Shown here: one piece after another, positions 24,669 to 34,825 of the stretch | Layout: every line of letters starts with the position of its first letter | Position numbering within the stretch: the first letter of the stretch is position 1 | From: Dehalococcoidia bacterium | GTDB lineage: Bacteria; Chloroflexota; Dehalococcoidia; Lucifugimonadales; JAGWBF01 | Reading direction: 5' to 3' | Assembly: GCA_034421095.1 (NCBI GenBank) | Contig: DAOUKR010000012.1 | Coordinates: 9,592-73,591, forward strand | DNA: 64,000 bases | The notes under the pieces: model-generated | What the model was told of the DNA's origin: nothing | Databases searched by the model: none | Seen by the model: only the letters and a program-made list of their open reading frames with translations | Made by a program: the position numbers and the translations under genes

Positions 24669-25283
24669 TTACGGGTTTGTCCATTCGCTTTTGCCGATAA
24701 CTGTATCTCTGCCCAGCTGTGTGATGGCGTAATAGCCTGGCCGACCGGGTATTCGCTCCAGCCATCGGAACTTGCTTCTGGCGGCATTACGAAGGGTCTG
24801 AAGGAAGCTCCCGGGTTGTTGCCATCCTGCCAGGTCGAAGAGGCGCCCAAGCTCGCTTTCAGAGACGCCGCTCATACCCAGGTGTCTCCTGGCGCCTTCA
24901 ATAACCAATGCCACCCGCCGCATATCGCCCATCGGGGAGAGGCCACTGCAGAACCTCACAAAAGACTCCTCGGCCTCCAATGTACTTTCATCCTTCTCCC
25001 CCAGTTCCGGGGGGGGAGGATCGCTCTCGACACGCTCAAGGTCGGATGTGGAAGAGTCCTCCTGAAGCTGCGAACCAGCACCCGTAGAAGGTGGCTCAGT
25101 GCTTACATTTTTACTTTGCTCCCCTATTTCATTAGGGGAAGACGTCCTCAACCGCATCTGAATAAGGTCTTTAGGTAGCTCCTTCAGAGCCAGACTCATC
25201 ACTTCACGGAAAACCTGAGGCTCGCTGGCCTCTACGGTTATGAGCGCGTCGCCAGGCAGGTTAATAGAAACCTTTAGTGTCAT
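24669..25283 (-). CDS. Hypothetical protein with a low-complexity acidic linker
   Basis: ORF starting at MTLKVSINLPGD. The middle is disordered and Ser/Glu/Pro-rich, and the C-terminal ~90 aa are structured. No motif recognised. Confidence 0.45.
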   Translation of the reverse strand: MTLKVSINLPGDALITVEASEPQVFREVMSLALKELPKDLIQMRLRTSSPNEIGEQSKNVSTEPPSTGAGSQLQEDSSTSDLERVESDPPPPELGEKDESTLEAEESFVRFCSGLSPMGDMRRVALVIEGARRHLGMSGVSESELGRLFDLAGWQQPGSFLQTLRNAARSKFRWLERIPGRPGYYAITQLGRDTVIGKSEWTNP

Positions 25284-25390
25284 TTTGCAAGCTCCTAGTG
25301 TTCCTGTCACCTACAGTATACGACACAGGTAGAAAAGGTCAAGCGGTTCCGAGGTAGGAATGTAGTAAAAGTGTAACGTATGGAAGAGGG

Positions 25391-27277
25391 TTATAAGGAC
25401 TCTTTTAGCCTTAATGCCAGGGAGCGAGTCATGCCTGGGACGGCCGCGATGTCATCAACGGGAGCCTCTTTTATTCCCCTGAGAGAGCCGAAGCGCCGCA
25501 TGAGCATCCGCTTTCTCTTGGGGCCGATTCCTGGCACCAAGTCTACCCCGGAGGAAGTGCTGGCCTTGCTGCGCAGTTTACGGTGATAGGTAATGGCGAA
25601 GCGATGGGCCTCGTCCCGAATTCGTTGTATCAGGTAAAGGGGTTGAGAGTTAGATGGGAAAATGATGGGTTCAGGGGTTTGGGGCATATATAGCCACTCG
25701 TTCTCCTTGGCTATGGATGCCAAGGGAATGAAGTCAATACCTAGCTCCAGGAATACCTCCAGCGCAGCCGAAAGGTGTCCCTTGCCACCGTCAATGAGTA
25801 CCAGGTTCGGTATATTGCCCCAACTTTCCTCGCCGTCCTTGGAGGATTCCTCAGGGTTGCTTCCATTGCCATTATTGCCGCTACCTTTGCCTTTGATGGC
25901 TGCAATACGTTTGAACCTTCGTCGCAGTACTTCTTGCATCATGGCGTAGTCGTTTATTCCCTCGACACTCTTGATGCGGAACCTCCGGTAGTGGGCCGGC
26001 TTGGGGAAGCCGTCCTGGAAGGTGACCATGCTGCCCACCGCATTGCTCCCCTGAATGTTGGAGATGTCGTAGCATTCGATGCGGCTTGGAAGATTGGGCA
26101 AGCCAAGCTCGTCTTGAAGTCCCGTCATGGCCTCATGGACGGCGTTGACGTTGGAGAGCCACTTGGCCCGCATCTGAGTGAGACCCTGAGAAGCATTCTC
26201 GGCAACCATCTTGATTAGCTTATGCTGTTCGCCTCGAAGGGGTCGGGCAAGGGACATGGATGCGCCCCGCTTCTCCTTCAGCCACTCCTGAATCAGCTTC
26301 TCATCCTCCATCGGGTACTGGAGAATAACCTTTGGTGGGATGTAAGGAGCCGACTGGTAAAACTGCTTTATGAACTCCGACAGGATATGTCCCGGCTGGT
26401 CATCCTGGGTGCCTTCCATTATGAAATGGTCACGCCCCATGAGCTTGCCCTGGCGAATGAAGAAGACTTCCACCCAGGCCTCGTCCTGACCTTCGGCCAT
26501 GGCGATGGCGTCCAAGTCCTGGTTATTGTTGGAGGCCACCTTTATACGCTGCTCTTCCATGACCTGTTCAATGTCGCGAATCTGGTCCCTGAGCACCGCA
26601 GCACGCTCGAATTCCAGATTCTCCGAAGCGTCGTCCATTTTCCGGCGTATGTCGTTTACCACTTCATCGGTCTTGCCTTCCATGAACATAATCACTTGCC
26701 GTATAACCTCGTGATATTCCTCGCTGCTCGCAAGGCCGACGCATGGGGCGACACACCGGTTAATGTAATACTCCAGGCAGGGGCGCTGGTCCTTGCCAGT
26801 GATTACCTTGGTGCAAGAGCGATAGGGGAACAGCTTCTTCAGCAGGTCCATGGTCTTGCGCACGCTACTTGCGGTTGCAAAAGGGCCGAGATAACGTGCT
26901 CCGTCGTTGGCAACCTTGCGGGTAATGTACACCTGGGGAAATTCCTCTGTCAGGTCAATCTTGAGGTAAGGGTAGCTCTTGTCGTCTTTGAGCCGGGCGT
27001 TATAGGTAGGCCGGTATTTCTTGATTAGGGTGCATTCCAGGATGAGTGCCTCGGCCTCCGAGTCAGTCACAATAAACTCGAAGTCCGCAACCTTGGCTAC
27101 CATTCTTCTGATTTTGGGAACCAGATTGTTTGAGGAGCCAAAATAGGAACGAATGCGGTTCTTTAGGCTGCTGGCCTTGCCCACGTAGAGGGCGTTGTCC
27201 TTGGCGTCTTTCATTATATAGACACCGGGCTTCTCAGGGGTTATCCTCAGCCTGTGGGAGAAGTCCTTTCGTTCCAT
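25391..27277 (-). CDS. uvrC: Excinuclease ABC subunit C
   Basis: GIY-YIG N-terminus (GVYIMKDAKDNALYVGKASSLKNRIRSYF), a UVR domain and a C-terminal (HhH)2. Confidence 0.95.
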   Translation of the reverse strand: MERKDFSHRLRITPEKPGVYIMKDAKDNALYVGKASSLKNRIRSYFGSSNNLVPKIRRMVAKVADFEFIVTDSEAEALILECTLIKKYRPTYNARLKDDKSYPYLKIDLTEEFPQVYITRKVANDGARYLGPFATASSVRKTMDLLKKLFPYRSCTKVITGKDQRPCLEYYINRCVAPCVGLASSEEYHEVIRQVIMFMEGKTDEVVNDIRRKMDDASENLEFERAAVLRDQIRDIEQVMEEQRIKVASNNNQDLDAIAMAEGQDEAWVEVFFIRQGKLMGRDHFIMEGTQDDQPGHILSEFIKQFYQSAPYIPPKVILQYPMEDEKLIQEWLKEKRGASMSLARPLRGEQHKLIKMVAENASQGLTQMRAKWLSNVNAVHEAMTGLQDELGLPNLPSRIECYDISNIQGSNAVGSMVTFQDGFPKPAHYRRFRIKSVEGINDYAMMQEVLRRRFKRIAAIKGKGSGNNGNGSNPEESSKDGEESWGNIPNLVLIDGGKGHLSAALEVFLELGIDFIPLASIAKENEWLYMPQTPEPIIFPSNSQPLYLIQRIRDEAHRFAITYHRKLRSKASTSSGVDLVPGIGPKRKRMLMRRFGSLRGIKEAPVDDIAAVPGMTRSLALRLKESL

Positions 27278-27285
27278 AGGGAACG

Positions 27286-27627
27286 CTACCCCAGTACGAA
27301 GGTAAGCGCGATGAGGATGGCCAGAACTCCCCCGGCAAGGGCAGCAATTCGTTTCATCTCTGAGTTAACATATGCATATACCCTTGGCCGGGGTTCGGCT
27401 TGCCTGCTGAAAGAGGACCGTTGAGCGGCAACGGGCTGAGGGGTTGGCATCTGCTGAGGGCTTTCAGTCGCCGGTGGAGGCCCACTACCCGTCTCTACGT
27501 CCTCCGGTGCTTGCAAAGGTTCGTTGGTCTCGGGTATGCCGTGTGGCCCTCGATTTTGACGTTTCTTCCTCTGGCCAAGCTGCGTCTGGCGCGCTGCTGC
27601 TCGTCGGGACCTGCCTCGTTGGGGCAT
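27286..27627 (-). CDS. Hypothetical tail-anchored membrane protein
   Basis: Basic, disordered N-terminus with a single C-terminal TM helix (IAALAGGVLAILIALTFVLG). It ends 8 nt upstream of the uvrC start, which suggests one operon. Confidence 0.45.
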   Translation of the reverse strand: MPQRGRSRRAAARQTQLGQRKKRQNRGPHGIPETNEPLQAPEDVETGSGPPPATESPQQMPTPQPVAAQRSSFSRQAEPRPRVYAYVNSEMKRIAALAGGVLAILIALTFVLG

Positions 27628-27694
27628 CGCCTTAATACCTCCCTTAACCGTCTGCTCATGGGGGTGGTCTGGTTTATATTCCTCATCCCAGGTC

Positions 27695-28714
27695 CTAGGA
27701 CCTGGGATGGCTTTTATCGTATTCCTGGCGCACGTGCTCCGTGGTGAGATGAGTATAGACCTGGGTCGTAGTAATGCTTGAATGACCCAGAAGCTCCTGC
27801 ACGTGTCTCAGAGATGCGCCTCCCTGCAGCATGTGGGTGGCGAAGCTGTGACGCAGGATATGGGGTGTAATTGGAACATTCAGGGATGCCTTTTGGGCGT
27901 AATTTTTCAGAACGTTCCATACCCACTGCCGCGTAAGACGGTCACCGCGATGGTTAATGAACAGGGCTTTCTCCGTCGCTCCCGTTTTGCCATTTCTCCT
28001 GTTCTGACTTTCCGCCCCGTCCCGGTCATTATCCCCCTTGGGGCTACCGCCCCCCGATGGTGAGAGCAAAAGGGGCCTGGCTTCCTCCATATACGCCCCA
28101 AGCACCCCGACGGCCCTTGGGTACATATAGGTGATTCGCTCCTTTGAGCCTTTCCCAATACAGCGTATGTAGCCATCCTGGATATTCACGTCCTGGACGT
28201 TGAGAGAAACCAGTTCACTCACTCTGAGTCCGGTGGCGTAGAGCAACTCAAGCATAGCCCGGTCGCGTCTACCCTCCGGAGACTCCTCCTTGGCAGCTTG
28301 GTCCAACAGCCGGTCCACCTCTTCTTCCGAGAGGAACTTGGGCAGATTACGTCCCACTCTAGGGCCATTTAGAAACTCCGTTGGGTCTTCGTCAATCGTC
28401 TCCTCCTGTACCAGGAAGTTGAAGAACGATTTAAGCGCCGCTACCTTTCTGGCGGTAGTGGTGTCACGGTAGCTTTTTTTGCCTCTCAGGCTGGAAACAT
28501 AGCCGGTAAGAGTGTCCAGGTCCACCCGTTTCCAGCCATCGGTCCCTTTGTAATCCGACGACAGGTCGCCGTTCTGTGGTGTCTCACCATTAGTGCGTCC
28601 ATTGACATAACTTATAAACTGGTAGAGATCGTTCTTGTAAGCCTCGAGAGTATTCTGGGAGAACCCTTTCTCAACCACTAGATGATTTAAAAATGAATCT
28701 ACAGCCTCTTTCAC
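27695..28714 (-). CDS. Site-specific tyrosine recombinase, XerC/XerD family
   Basis: AVDSFLNHLVVEKGFSQNTLEAYKNDLYQF, plus catalytic ...HILRHSFATHML...LLGHSSITTTQVYTH. The start is set at the GTG at 28714 (GGAG RBS, 5-nt spacing). It contains a low-complexity insertion. Confidence 0.85.
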   Translation of the reverse strand: MKEAVDSFLNHLVVEKGFSQNTLEAYKNDLYQFISYVNGRTNGETPQNGDLSSDYKGTDGWKRVDLDTLTGYVSSLRGKKSYRDTTTARKVAALKSFFNFLVQEETIDEDPTEFLNGPRVGRNLPKFLSEEEVDRLLDQAAKEESPEGRRDRAMLELLYATGLRVSELVSLNVQDVNIQDGYIRCIGKGSKERITYMYPRAVGVLGAYMEEARPLLLSPSGGGSPKGDNDRDGAESQNRRNGKTGATEKALFINHRGDRLTRQWVWNVLKNYAQKASLNVPITPHILRHSFATHMLQGGASLRHVQELLGHSSITTTQVYTHLTTEHVRQEYDKSHPRS

Positions 28715-28896
28715 TTTTACTCCAATTTCTATATATGTAATAATATGGGCTGGTCGTATCAATCTCAATTCTACCATAAATCTCCGGCTGCTAAGTATCT
28801 AACTTTTATCAAGACGGCAACACTTTCTTGCACTACTCGGCCCTCGGTGCTATACTCATCCGACTTCATTGCTTGACTGGTGCGTGCACGGGGAAT

Positions 28897-29856
28897 ATGG
28901 GAGAGAAGCAGACGGTTATAGTAAAGGTGCCAGCCACTACCGCTAATCTGGGCCCCGGTTTCGACTGCCTCGGAATGGCCCTGGACCTGTGGAACCAGGT
29001 GAGGGTCGAGGTGCTGGACACTTCCCCGTGGAGCGATGGGCCTGTCGTTCTGGTTCAAGGTCAGGGTTCAGTAAAGTTGCCTGGAGACGGGGGCAACCTG
29101 GTCTACCGCGCCATGGCCCATCTGTTCGGCGAAGCGTGCCTGGATATGCCGGCGCTGCGGCTCCACTGCCATAATGCTATACCACTCAAACGTGGACTGG
29201 GCAGTAGCTCAGCAGCCATAGTCGGGGGTCTCGTAGCGGCCAACCATTTGCTATCGGAGCACGCCCAGTCCGGCGGTCGTGCTTTCTCCAAGGAAGAGTT
29301 GCTGGACATGGCGGTGCATATTGAAGGTCACCCGGATAACGTAACTCCCGCACTGTTGGGGGGACTTCAGCTAGTGGTGCAGGAAGACGATGTTCTGTTG
29401 GCTGCCCCCGTGCCTGTTCCCGACGACGTGCGCGCCGTGGTTTTTATACCTCACGCTACAATAGCCACAGAAGAGGCCAGAGCAGTCCTGCCCGCTAGCA
29501 TCAGGCGGGAGGACGCGGTGTATAATATGGGAAGGACCGCTCTCTTGGTAAACGCTCTAGGCACCGGAAGGTTGGGCGACCTTTACCTTGCAACCAGAGA
29601 CAGGATTCACCAGCCATACCGTCAGAAGCTGTTCCCTGCGATGAAAGTTATTTTTGAGGGCGCACTGAAGGGTGGTGCCCTCGGTGTATTCCTTTCAGGC
29701 AGCGGGTCCACGATACTGGCTTTGACCAACGGGCGCGAGATGACGGTCGCCTACGAGATGGCCGAGGCAGCCCGTCAGGCCAATGTCGAAGGGGAAGTAA
29801 AGGTGACGAGGCCCACTTCTCTGGGCGCTCATCTGGCGGCCGACGAGAGGAATTGA
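28897..29856 (+). CDS. thrB: Homoserine kinase
   Basis: VKVPATTANLGPGFDCLGMAL and the GHMP kinase motif PLKRGLGSSSAA. Confidence 0.9.
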   Translation: MGEKQTVIVKVPATTANLGPGFDCLGMALDLWNQVRVEVLDTSPWSDGPVVLVQGQGSVKLPGDGGNLVYRAMAHLFGEACLDMPALRLHCHNAIPLKRGLGSSSAAIVGGLVAANHLLSEHAQSGGRAFSKEELLDMAVHIEGHPDNVTPALLGGLQLVVQEDDVLLAAPVPVPDDVRAVVFIPHATIATEEARAVLPASIRREDAVYNMGRTALLVNALGTGRLGDLYLATRDRIHQPYRQKLFPAMKVIFEGALKGGALGVFLSGSGSTILALTNGREMTVAYEMAEAARQANVEGEVKVTRPTSLGAHLAADERN

Positions 29857-29874
29857 GGACTTGGTGAGAGACCA

Positions 29875-31119
29875 GTGACGTTGATTGTCCAGAAGTATGG
29901 CGGTAGCTCTGTGGCTGATGCTGAGAAGATTAAGGGTGTGGCGAGACGGATCGGTGAGGCCAGAGATGCCGGGATGAAAGTGGTAGCAGTGGTGTCCGCC
30001 ATGGGAGACACTACCGACGAGCTTGTGAGTCTTGCTAATAGTGTCTCTACTGACCCCGACCCCAGAGAGATGGACCTGCTCTTGTCTACCGGGGAGTTGG
30101 TATCATGTACTCTGGTGTCTATGGCCACGAGGGCACTGGGCTACAACGCCATAAGCCTTAGCGGCTCCCAGGCAGGTATCCGTACGGATACCACCTACGG
30201 GAAAGCCCAAATAGCCAGTGTAGACACGGCCCGCGTGCAGAAGGAGCTAGCTGAGGATAAACTGGTAATAGTGGCAGGATTCCAGGGAGTTACTGAGGAC
30301 ATGGACGTCACCACCCTGGGGCGTGGTGGGTCGGATACCACGGCAGTCGCACTGGCCGCTGCGCTGGGGGCCTGGCGGTGTGAGGTCTACACCGACGTGG
30401 ACGGCATCTATACGGCGGACCCTCGTGTGGTGAATGGTGCCCGTAAGCTGAGCGAGATAAGCTATGAAGAGATGCTGGAGCTTGCAAACTACGGCGCTAA
30501 AATGCACCCTCGCTCCATCGAGTTGGGGGCGGTGTACAATGTACCGATATACGTGGCCTCCAGCTTCAATGACTCTCAGGGTACTCTTATACACAAGGGA
30601 ACACAGCAGGCCCATGAGGAAGGCGAAAGAATAGGCATGGAGCAAAGGGTTAAAGTAACCGGCATTGCTTACGACAGAAACGTAGCCAAGATAACTCTGC
30701 GAGGAGTCCCGGATAGCCCGGGAATCGCAGCTGCCCTCTTTGAGCCTCTGGCACAGGTGGGTATAAGTGTAGATACCATAGTGCAGAACACCAGCGTGGA
30801 AGCCCTCACCGACCTGAGCTTTACCGTGGCCCGCACCGACCTCAAGAGAGCCGTTGACGTGGTTGGGCCGATGGTAGGGGCCATCGGGGCTGCGGCTTTG
30901 ACCACCGATGACAGTCTGAGCAAAGTTAGCATCGTGGGGGCCGGGATGCAGAACTCCCCCGGCTATGCGGCCCGTATGTTCCGCTCTCTGGCCGAAGATG
31001 CCATCAATATCGAGATGATTACCACCTCTGAGATACGTATAACGTGCATTGTTGCGGAGGATAGGGTCCTGGATGCAGTACGCACGTTACACCGGGCCTT
31101 CCAGCTTGAGGAAGACTAG
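29875..31119 (+). CDS. lysC: Aspartate kinase (monofunctional, two C-terminal ACT domains)
   Basis: LIVQKYGGSSVADAEKIKGVARRI...VVVSAMGDTTD...GRGGSDTTA. GTG start. Confidence 0.9.
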   Translation: MTLIVQKYGGSSVADAEKIKGVARRIGEARDAGMKVVAVVSAMGDTTDELVSLANSVSTDPDPREMDLLLSTGELVSCTLVSMATRALGYNAISLSGSQAGIRTDTTYGKAQIASVDTARVQKELAEDKLVIVAGFQGVTEDMDVTTLGRGGSDTTAVALAAALGAWRCEVYTDVDGIYTADPRVVNGARKLSEISYEEMLELANYGAKMHPRSIELGAVYNVPIYVASSFNDSQGTLIHKGTQQAHEEGERIGMEQRVKVTGIAYDRNVAKITLRGVPDSPGIAAALFEPLAQVGISVDTIVQNTSVEALTDLSFTVARTDLKRAVDVVGPMVGAIGAAALTTDDSLSKVSIVGAGMQNSPGYAARMFRSLAEDAINIEMITTSEIRITCIVAEDRVLDAVRTLHRAFQLEED

Positions 31120-31171
31120 TCCTTACCATGTTTATTAGTCTTACATCAGGTCAGGTATATAGAAGTCCCAC

Positions 31172-31951
31172 ATGTCCACAGATCAGTTCCCATCACAAAC
31201 ATCGGACACCCCCTTTCTCTCGGTGATAATCCCGGCCTACAATGAGGAGTCCCGCATCGTAGGCACGCTGAGAGAGGTGGTGGACTATTTGGCGTTCCAG
31301 CCCTACTCATGGGAGGTAGTAGTGGTGGACGACGGCAGCGCCGACAGGACCCCGACACTGGTAGAGTCCTTTGCCAGTTCCGTATCGGGTGTATATCTCA
31401 TTAGCGTGCCCCACGGTGGCAAGGGATGGGCCGTGAATCGTGGCATGTTGTGGACCACCGGTGAATATCGCTTCCTGTGCGACGCCGACCTTTCCATGCC
31501 CTTCGAGCAGGTATCCAGATTTCTGCCTCCCGGGATTTCTCAGTCGGACATCTCCATCGGCTCCCGGAACGTGCCCGGCTCCAGACGTATAGGTGAACCT
31601 CGTCACAGGCACATGATGGGACGCATCTATAACCTGATGGTGCGGTTCCTGGCCCTACCCGGCCTGCTCGATACCCAGTGTGGCTTCAAGTGCTTTCGAG
31701 GACAGGTAGCCATGGAGATTTTCCCTTTCCAGAGGCTCTACGGCTTCGCTTTTGACGTTGAAATTCTCTTTCTGGCCCGCAAGCGCAAATTTCAAGTCAG
31801 CGAAGTGCCCATAGACTGGTACTATCGCTCGGAGAGCAAGATAAGGCCGCTTAAAGATTCCTTCGCGATGACCAGAGACATCCTGAAAATGCGATGGCAC
31901 TATCTTAGAGGCAGGTACAAGAAGGTCTCTGTGCCTGCTGATGTGACCTGA
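31172..31951 (+). CDS. Family 2 glycosyltransferase (dolichyl-phosphate glucosyl/mannosyl-transferase-like)
   Basis: LSVIIPAYNEE...VVVDDGSAD...CDADLS (DxD) is the GT2 signature. Confidence 0.85.
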   Translation: MSTDQFPSQTSDTPFLSVIIPAYNEESRIVGTLREVVDYLAFQPYSWEVVVVDDGSADRTPTLVESFASSVSGVYLISVPHGGKGWAVNRGMLWTTGEYRFLCDADLSMPFEQVSRFLPPGISQSDISIGSRNVPGSRRIGEPRHRHMMGRIYNLMVRFLALPGLLDTQCGFKCFRGQVAMEIFPFQRLYGFAFDVEILFLARKRKFQVSEVPIDWYYRSESKIRPLKDSFAMTRDILKMRWHYLRGRYKKVSVPADVT

Positions 31952-32253
31952 ACTGTGGCAGGTAATTGCGTAAACTTGCCTCAGAAATTGACTAAGGATA
32001 CTTGACCTGACGACAATTTTTAGTGTACTCGTTAAACCATATAATCAAACGGGTCCGAAAGATACCGGGAATTACTGCGATGTAAGGTGGCACAAAAACC
32101 TTGCCTAGCGGATAGTATTGTAATAGTCTATGAACAATAAGCCCTTGACCCATCTTGTATAATTGCGACACCAAGCTCAGGTTCATGGAATACGGGTTTT
32201 CGAGACTTCGGGCAGCGTTTGAGTAGGAAACTACTCAGGGAGCAGATTGAACA

Positions 32254-33123
32254 ATGATTCAGACCCAGTATGAAGAAGAAAAACTAAAAGGGAAAAGAGA
32301 AAAGAGTAAAGAGGCTATATCTCTGGCCATAGAAGGGAAATGGGAAAAGGCCAGGGAAGTCAATATGGTAATATTGCAACTTTTCCCTGAAGACGTAGAA
32401 GCCCTTAATCGTCTCGGCAAAGCATTACTCGCCCTGGGCAGCTACCATGAGGCACGAGCGGCGTTTGAGACCGCCTCGAAGATCGCCCCTTACAACCCGA
32501 TTTCCAAGAAGAACCTTGAGCGTCTGTCTCACCTGAAAGAGAATCCTCCACCGCCAAAACAGGGCAAGGTGGCTACGCCATGCCTCTTCATAGAAGAGGG
32601 CGGGAAATCGGGTACAACAATCCTCCGAAGTCCTGCCCAACGGCATATCCTGGCGAAGATGGCAGCCGGAGACGAGGTGAAGCTGAAGCTCCATGACCAC
32701 ACCCTCATTGTGGAAGGCTCTCAAAACGAGTACCTAGGGCAGGTAGAGCCTAAGCTGGCGATGCGGCTAATTCGTTTCATGGAGGCGGGCAACCGCTACG
32801 CCGCCGCTATTACCAGCATTAACCGCCAGGAAGTATCGGTAATCATTTGGGAAACCCATAGAGCACCCGGCATGGATAATTCATGCTCTTTCCCCACAAG
32901 AAGCGGGCAGGAATCGAGGGTCTATTGGAAGGACGCTCTTCTCCAGTACGAGATGAACAACGACCTGGACGATGATGAGGATGATTTCGCGGGGTGGCGC
33001 GAAAGCTACCCGGAAAGCTCAGGGGTTTCCGGCGATGAGGAGCCTGCCGATGCTCTCTTCCCGGTCAAAGGGGTGGAGACTAGCCTCGACGACGACGATG
33101 ATGAGTTGGATGAGGAAGAGTAG
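32254..33123 (+). CDS. TPR-repeat protein with a poly-acidic C-terminal tail
   Basis: TPR-like helices (EALNRLGKALLALGSYHEARAAFETASKIAPYNP). The C-terminus is DDDDDELDEEE. Confidence 0.6.
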   Translation: MIQTQYEEEKLKGKREKSKEAISLAIEGKWEKAREVNMVILQLFPEDVEALNRLGKALLALGSYHEARAAFETASKIAPYNPISKKNLERLSHLKENPPPPKQGKVATPCLFIEEGGKSGTTILRSPAQRHILAKMAAGDEVKLKLHDHTLIVEGSQNEYLGQVEPKLAMRLIRFMEAGNRYAAAITSINRQEVSVIIWETHRAPGMDNSCSFPTRSGQESRVYWKDALLQYEMNNDLDDDEDDFAGWRESYPESSGVSGDEEPADALFPVKGVETSLDDDDDELDEEE

Positions 33124-33397
33124 CCACTCCGTCTAACGTGTACATAGTGCCTGACTTGGTACTGCACCCTCCCCCTTGCCCTTGTTTGGACCCAGCCCAG
33201 ACAAGGGCCGTTGCTTGTCCCCGGCGGCGCTAAATGAGAATGTGTAGTGCCTCGGGTAAACTCTCTTGTCTGCTGTCACTACATCGGAAACTGCCGGTAT
33301 TCTCTGCTTGTATGGGTAATGCCGGGCTGAATGCTAACACTTGCTGAGAATACCGAAAGCGGGGCCTTGCCGAATAAGCAGCACTATCCGCCGCCCT

Positions 33398-33426
33398 TTG
33401 ACGCTGTATCTCTGGTAGGGTAATAT
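33398..33426 (+). promoter_or_regulatory. Sigma-70-like promoter candidate
   Basis: TTGACG (33398-33403), a 17-nt spacer, then TAATAT (33421-33426), about 27 nt upstream of the ATG at 33453. Confidence 0.4.
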
Positions 33427-33452
33427 ACGTGTATTGAGGAGGCGAGGGTGCA

Positions 33453-34487
33453 ATGAAGGCGGTTTACATAAATCAGCCTGTTGAGGGATTGAATAGCCTG
33501 ATTCACGGCGAAAGGCCAGACCCGGAAGCCGGGCCAGGTGAGGTGGTGCTCAGGGTTCGAGCATCGGCCCTCAATCATGCGGACCTCAACGTTCTTGAGG
33601 GTCGCACCTCTACGCGCGGTTCTCCTCGCATCATGGGGATGGACATTGCGGGCGAGGTAGTCCAAGTAAGTCCCGTCGTCTCCTGGCTTCAGGAGGGGGA
33701 CAGGGTGCTGGTGGACAACCGAATCAAGTGTGCCACTTGCGAGCCTTGCCTCAACGGGAGCGATGAGTATTGCGTCAACCAGATGCGCCTGGGAGTAGAC
33801 GTAGACGGAGGCCACGCACAACACTGCGTCGTGCCCGCCGTCAATGCCCACCGGATACCCGGTTGGATGGGGTTCGAAGAGGCCGCATCCCTCCCTATAG
33901 CCGCTCATACGGCCTGGCACTGTCTGGTGGTCCGGGGGCAACTCCAACCCTGGGAAGATATACTCATCCACGCTGCGGGAAGTGGAGTCGGCAGCATCGG
34001 TCTGGAGATAGCAAAGCATATAGGAGCCAGAGTCATTGTCACTGCCGGGAGTGACTGGAAATTGGAGAAAGCCAGGGAGCTTGGGGCAGACGAGGTGATT
34101 AACTATAACACCACCCCCAAGTTCAGTGAGCGAGTCAGGGAGTTCACGGGTGGCAAGGGCGTGGACATCATATTTGACATCGTAGGTGCTGCCGTGTGGG
34201 ACGAGAGCCTCCTGAGCCTCAAGCCCGGCGGAAGGCTGGTCATTACCGGCACCACCTCCGGCTCCCGCTATGACATGGACCTCAGGGCCTTGCAGGGTAC
34301 TCCCCTCACCCTCATGGGCAGCGGAGGACGCAGCCGCCGCAGTTTTGCTGACATGATGAGGGTCATAAACAACGGAGGCCTGCGGGGTGTTGTTGGCAAG
34401 ACATTTCCCCTTGAGGATGCCGCCGATGCCTACAAGACTATGGAGGACCGCAACTTCTTCGGCAAGCTGGTGCTTCAAACACCCTAG
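33453..34487 (+). CDS. Zinc-type alcohol dehydrogenase / quinone oxidoreductase (MDR superfamily)
   Basis: EVVLRVRASALNHADL...GMDIAGEV...HAAGSGVGS (Rossmann fold). GAGGAGG RBS. Confidence 0.85.
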   Translation: MKAVYINQPVEGLNSLIHGERPDPEAGPGEVVLRVRASALNHADLNVLEGRTSTRGSPRIMGMDIAGEVVQVSPVVSWLQEGDRVLVDNRIKCATCEPCLNGSDEYCVNQMRLGVDVDGGHAQHCVVPAVNAHRIPGWMGFEEAASLPIAAHTAWHCLVVRGQLQPWEDILIHAAGSGVGSIGLEIAKHIGARVIVTAGSDWKLEKARELGADEVINYNTTPKFSERVREFTGGKGVDIIFDIVGAAVWDESLLSLKPGGRLVITGTTSGSRYDMDLRALQGTPLTLMGSGGRSRRSFADMMRVINNGGLRGVVGKTFPLEDAADAYKTMEDRNFFGKLVLQTP

Positions 34488-34825
34488 GTCTTGCTCTTGA
34501 GGTATGCCGTAGAAGGGTAAGATTAGATGCTTTCGCCGCAATGGGTTCAGAAAGGTATAATTTGGGGCGTGAACAATGAGGAGGGCGGATGAATGGCAGA
34601 GGCGATCGCATCCTCCGGCGTGTACTTGCTGGCGGTGCAATAAAGAGAGGCTGGACAGACTGGAACCTTGGTATAGGCGTCTCTGGCGTGCTCTTTTGCG
34701 GAAGGAAAGGTAGGCAGTCGAGGGAAAAGGATGTATCATTAAACACGCTAGATTTACCTCAAGGGCCGGGAGCCAACGAGGTTAGAGGTTAAATGAAGTT
34801 AGATGTCAAAAGATAAGGGGGGTAT

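Noticed and set aside
26222-27028. 268-aa plus-strand ORF (with similar ones at 25775-26218 and 25662-25949).
   Set aside because: These are antisense to uvrC, whose identity is unambiguous.
33290-33360. 9-bp inverted repeat GGTATTCTC...GAGAATACC with a ~40-nt loop upstream of the alcohol dehydrogenase promoter (possible structured RNA).
   Set aside because: It lies upstream of the predicted -35 element, I recognise no riboswitch class in it, and there is only this single occurrence. It cannot be distinguished from chance without covariation data.
33384-34739. 451-aa ORF on the minus strand, the longest unexplained ORF in the track.
   Set aside because: It is fully antisense to the well-supported MDR alcohol dehydrogenase (33453-34487). 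Its translation is low-complexity (Gly/Ala/His/Pro-rich) with no motif or RBS, so it is a typical shadow ORF of a GC-rich gene.
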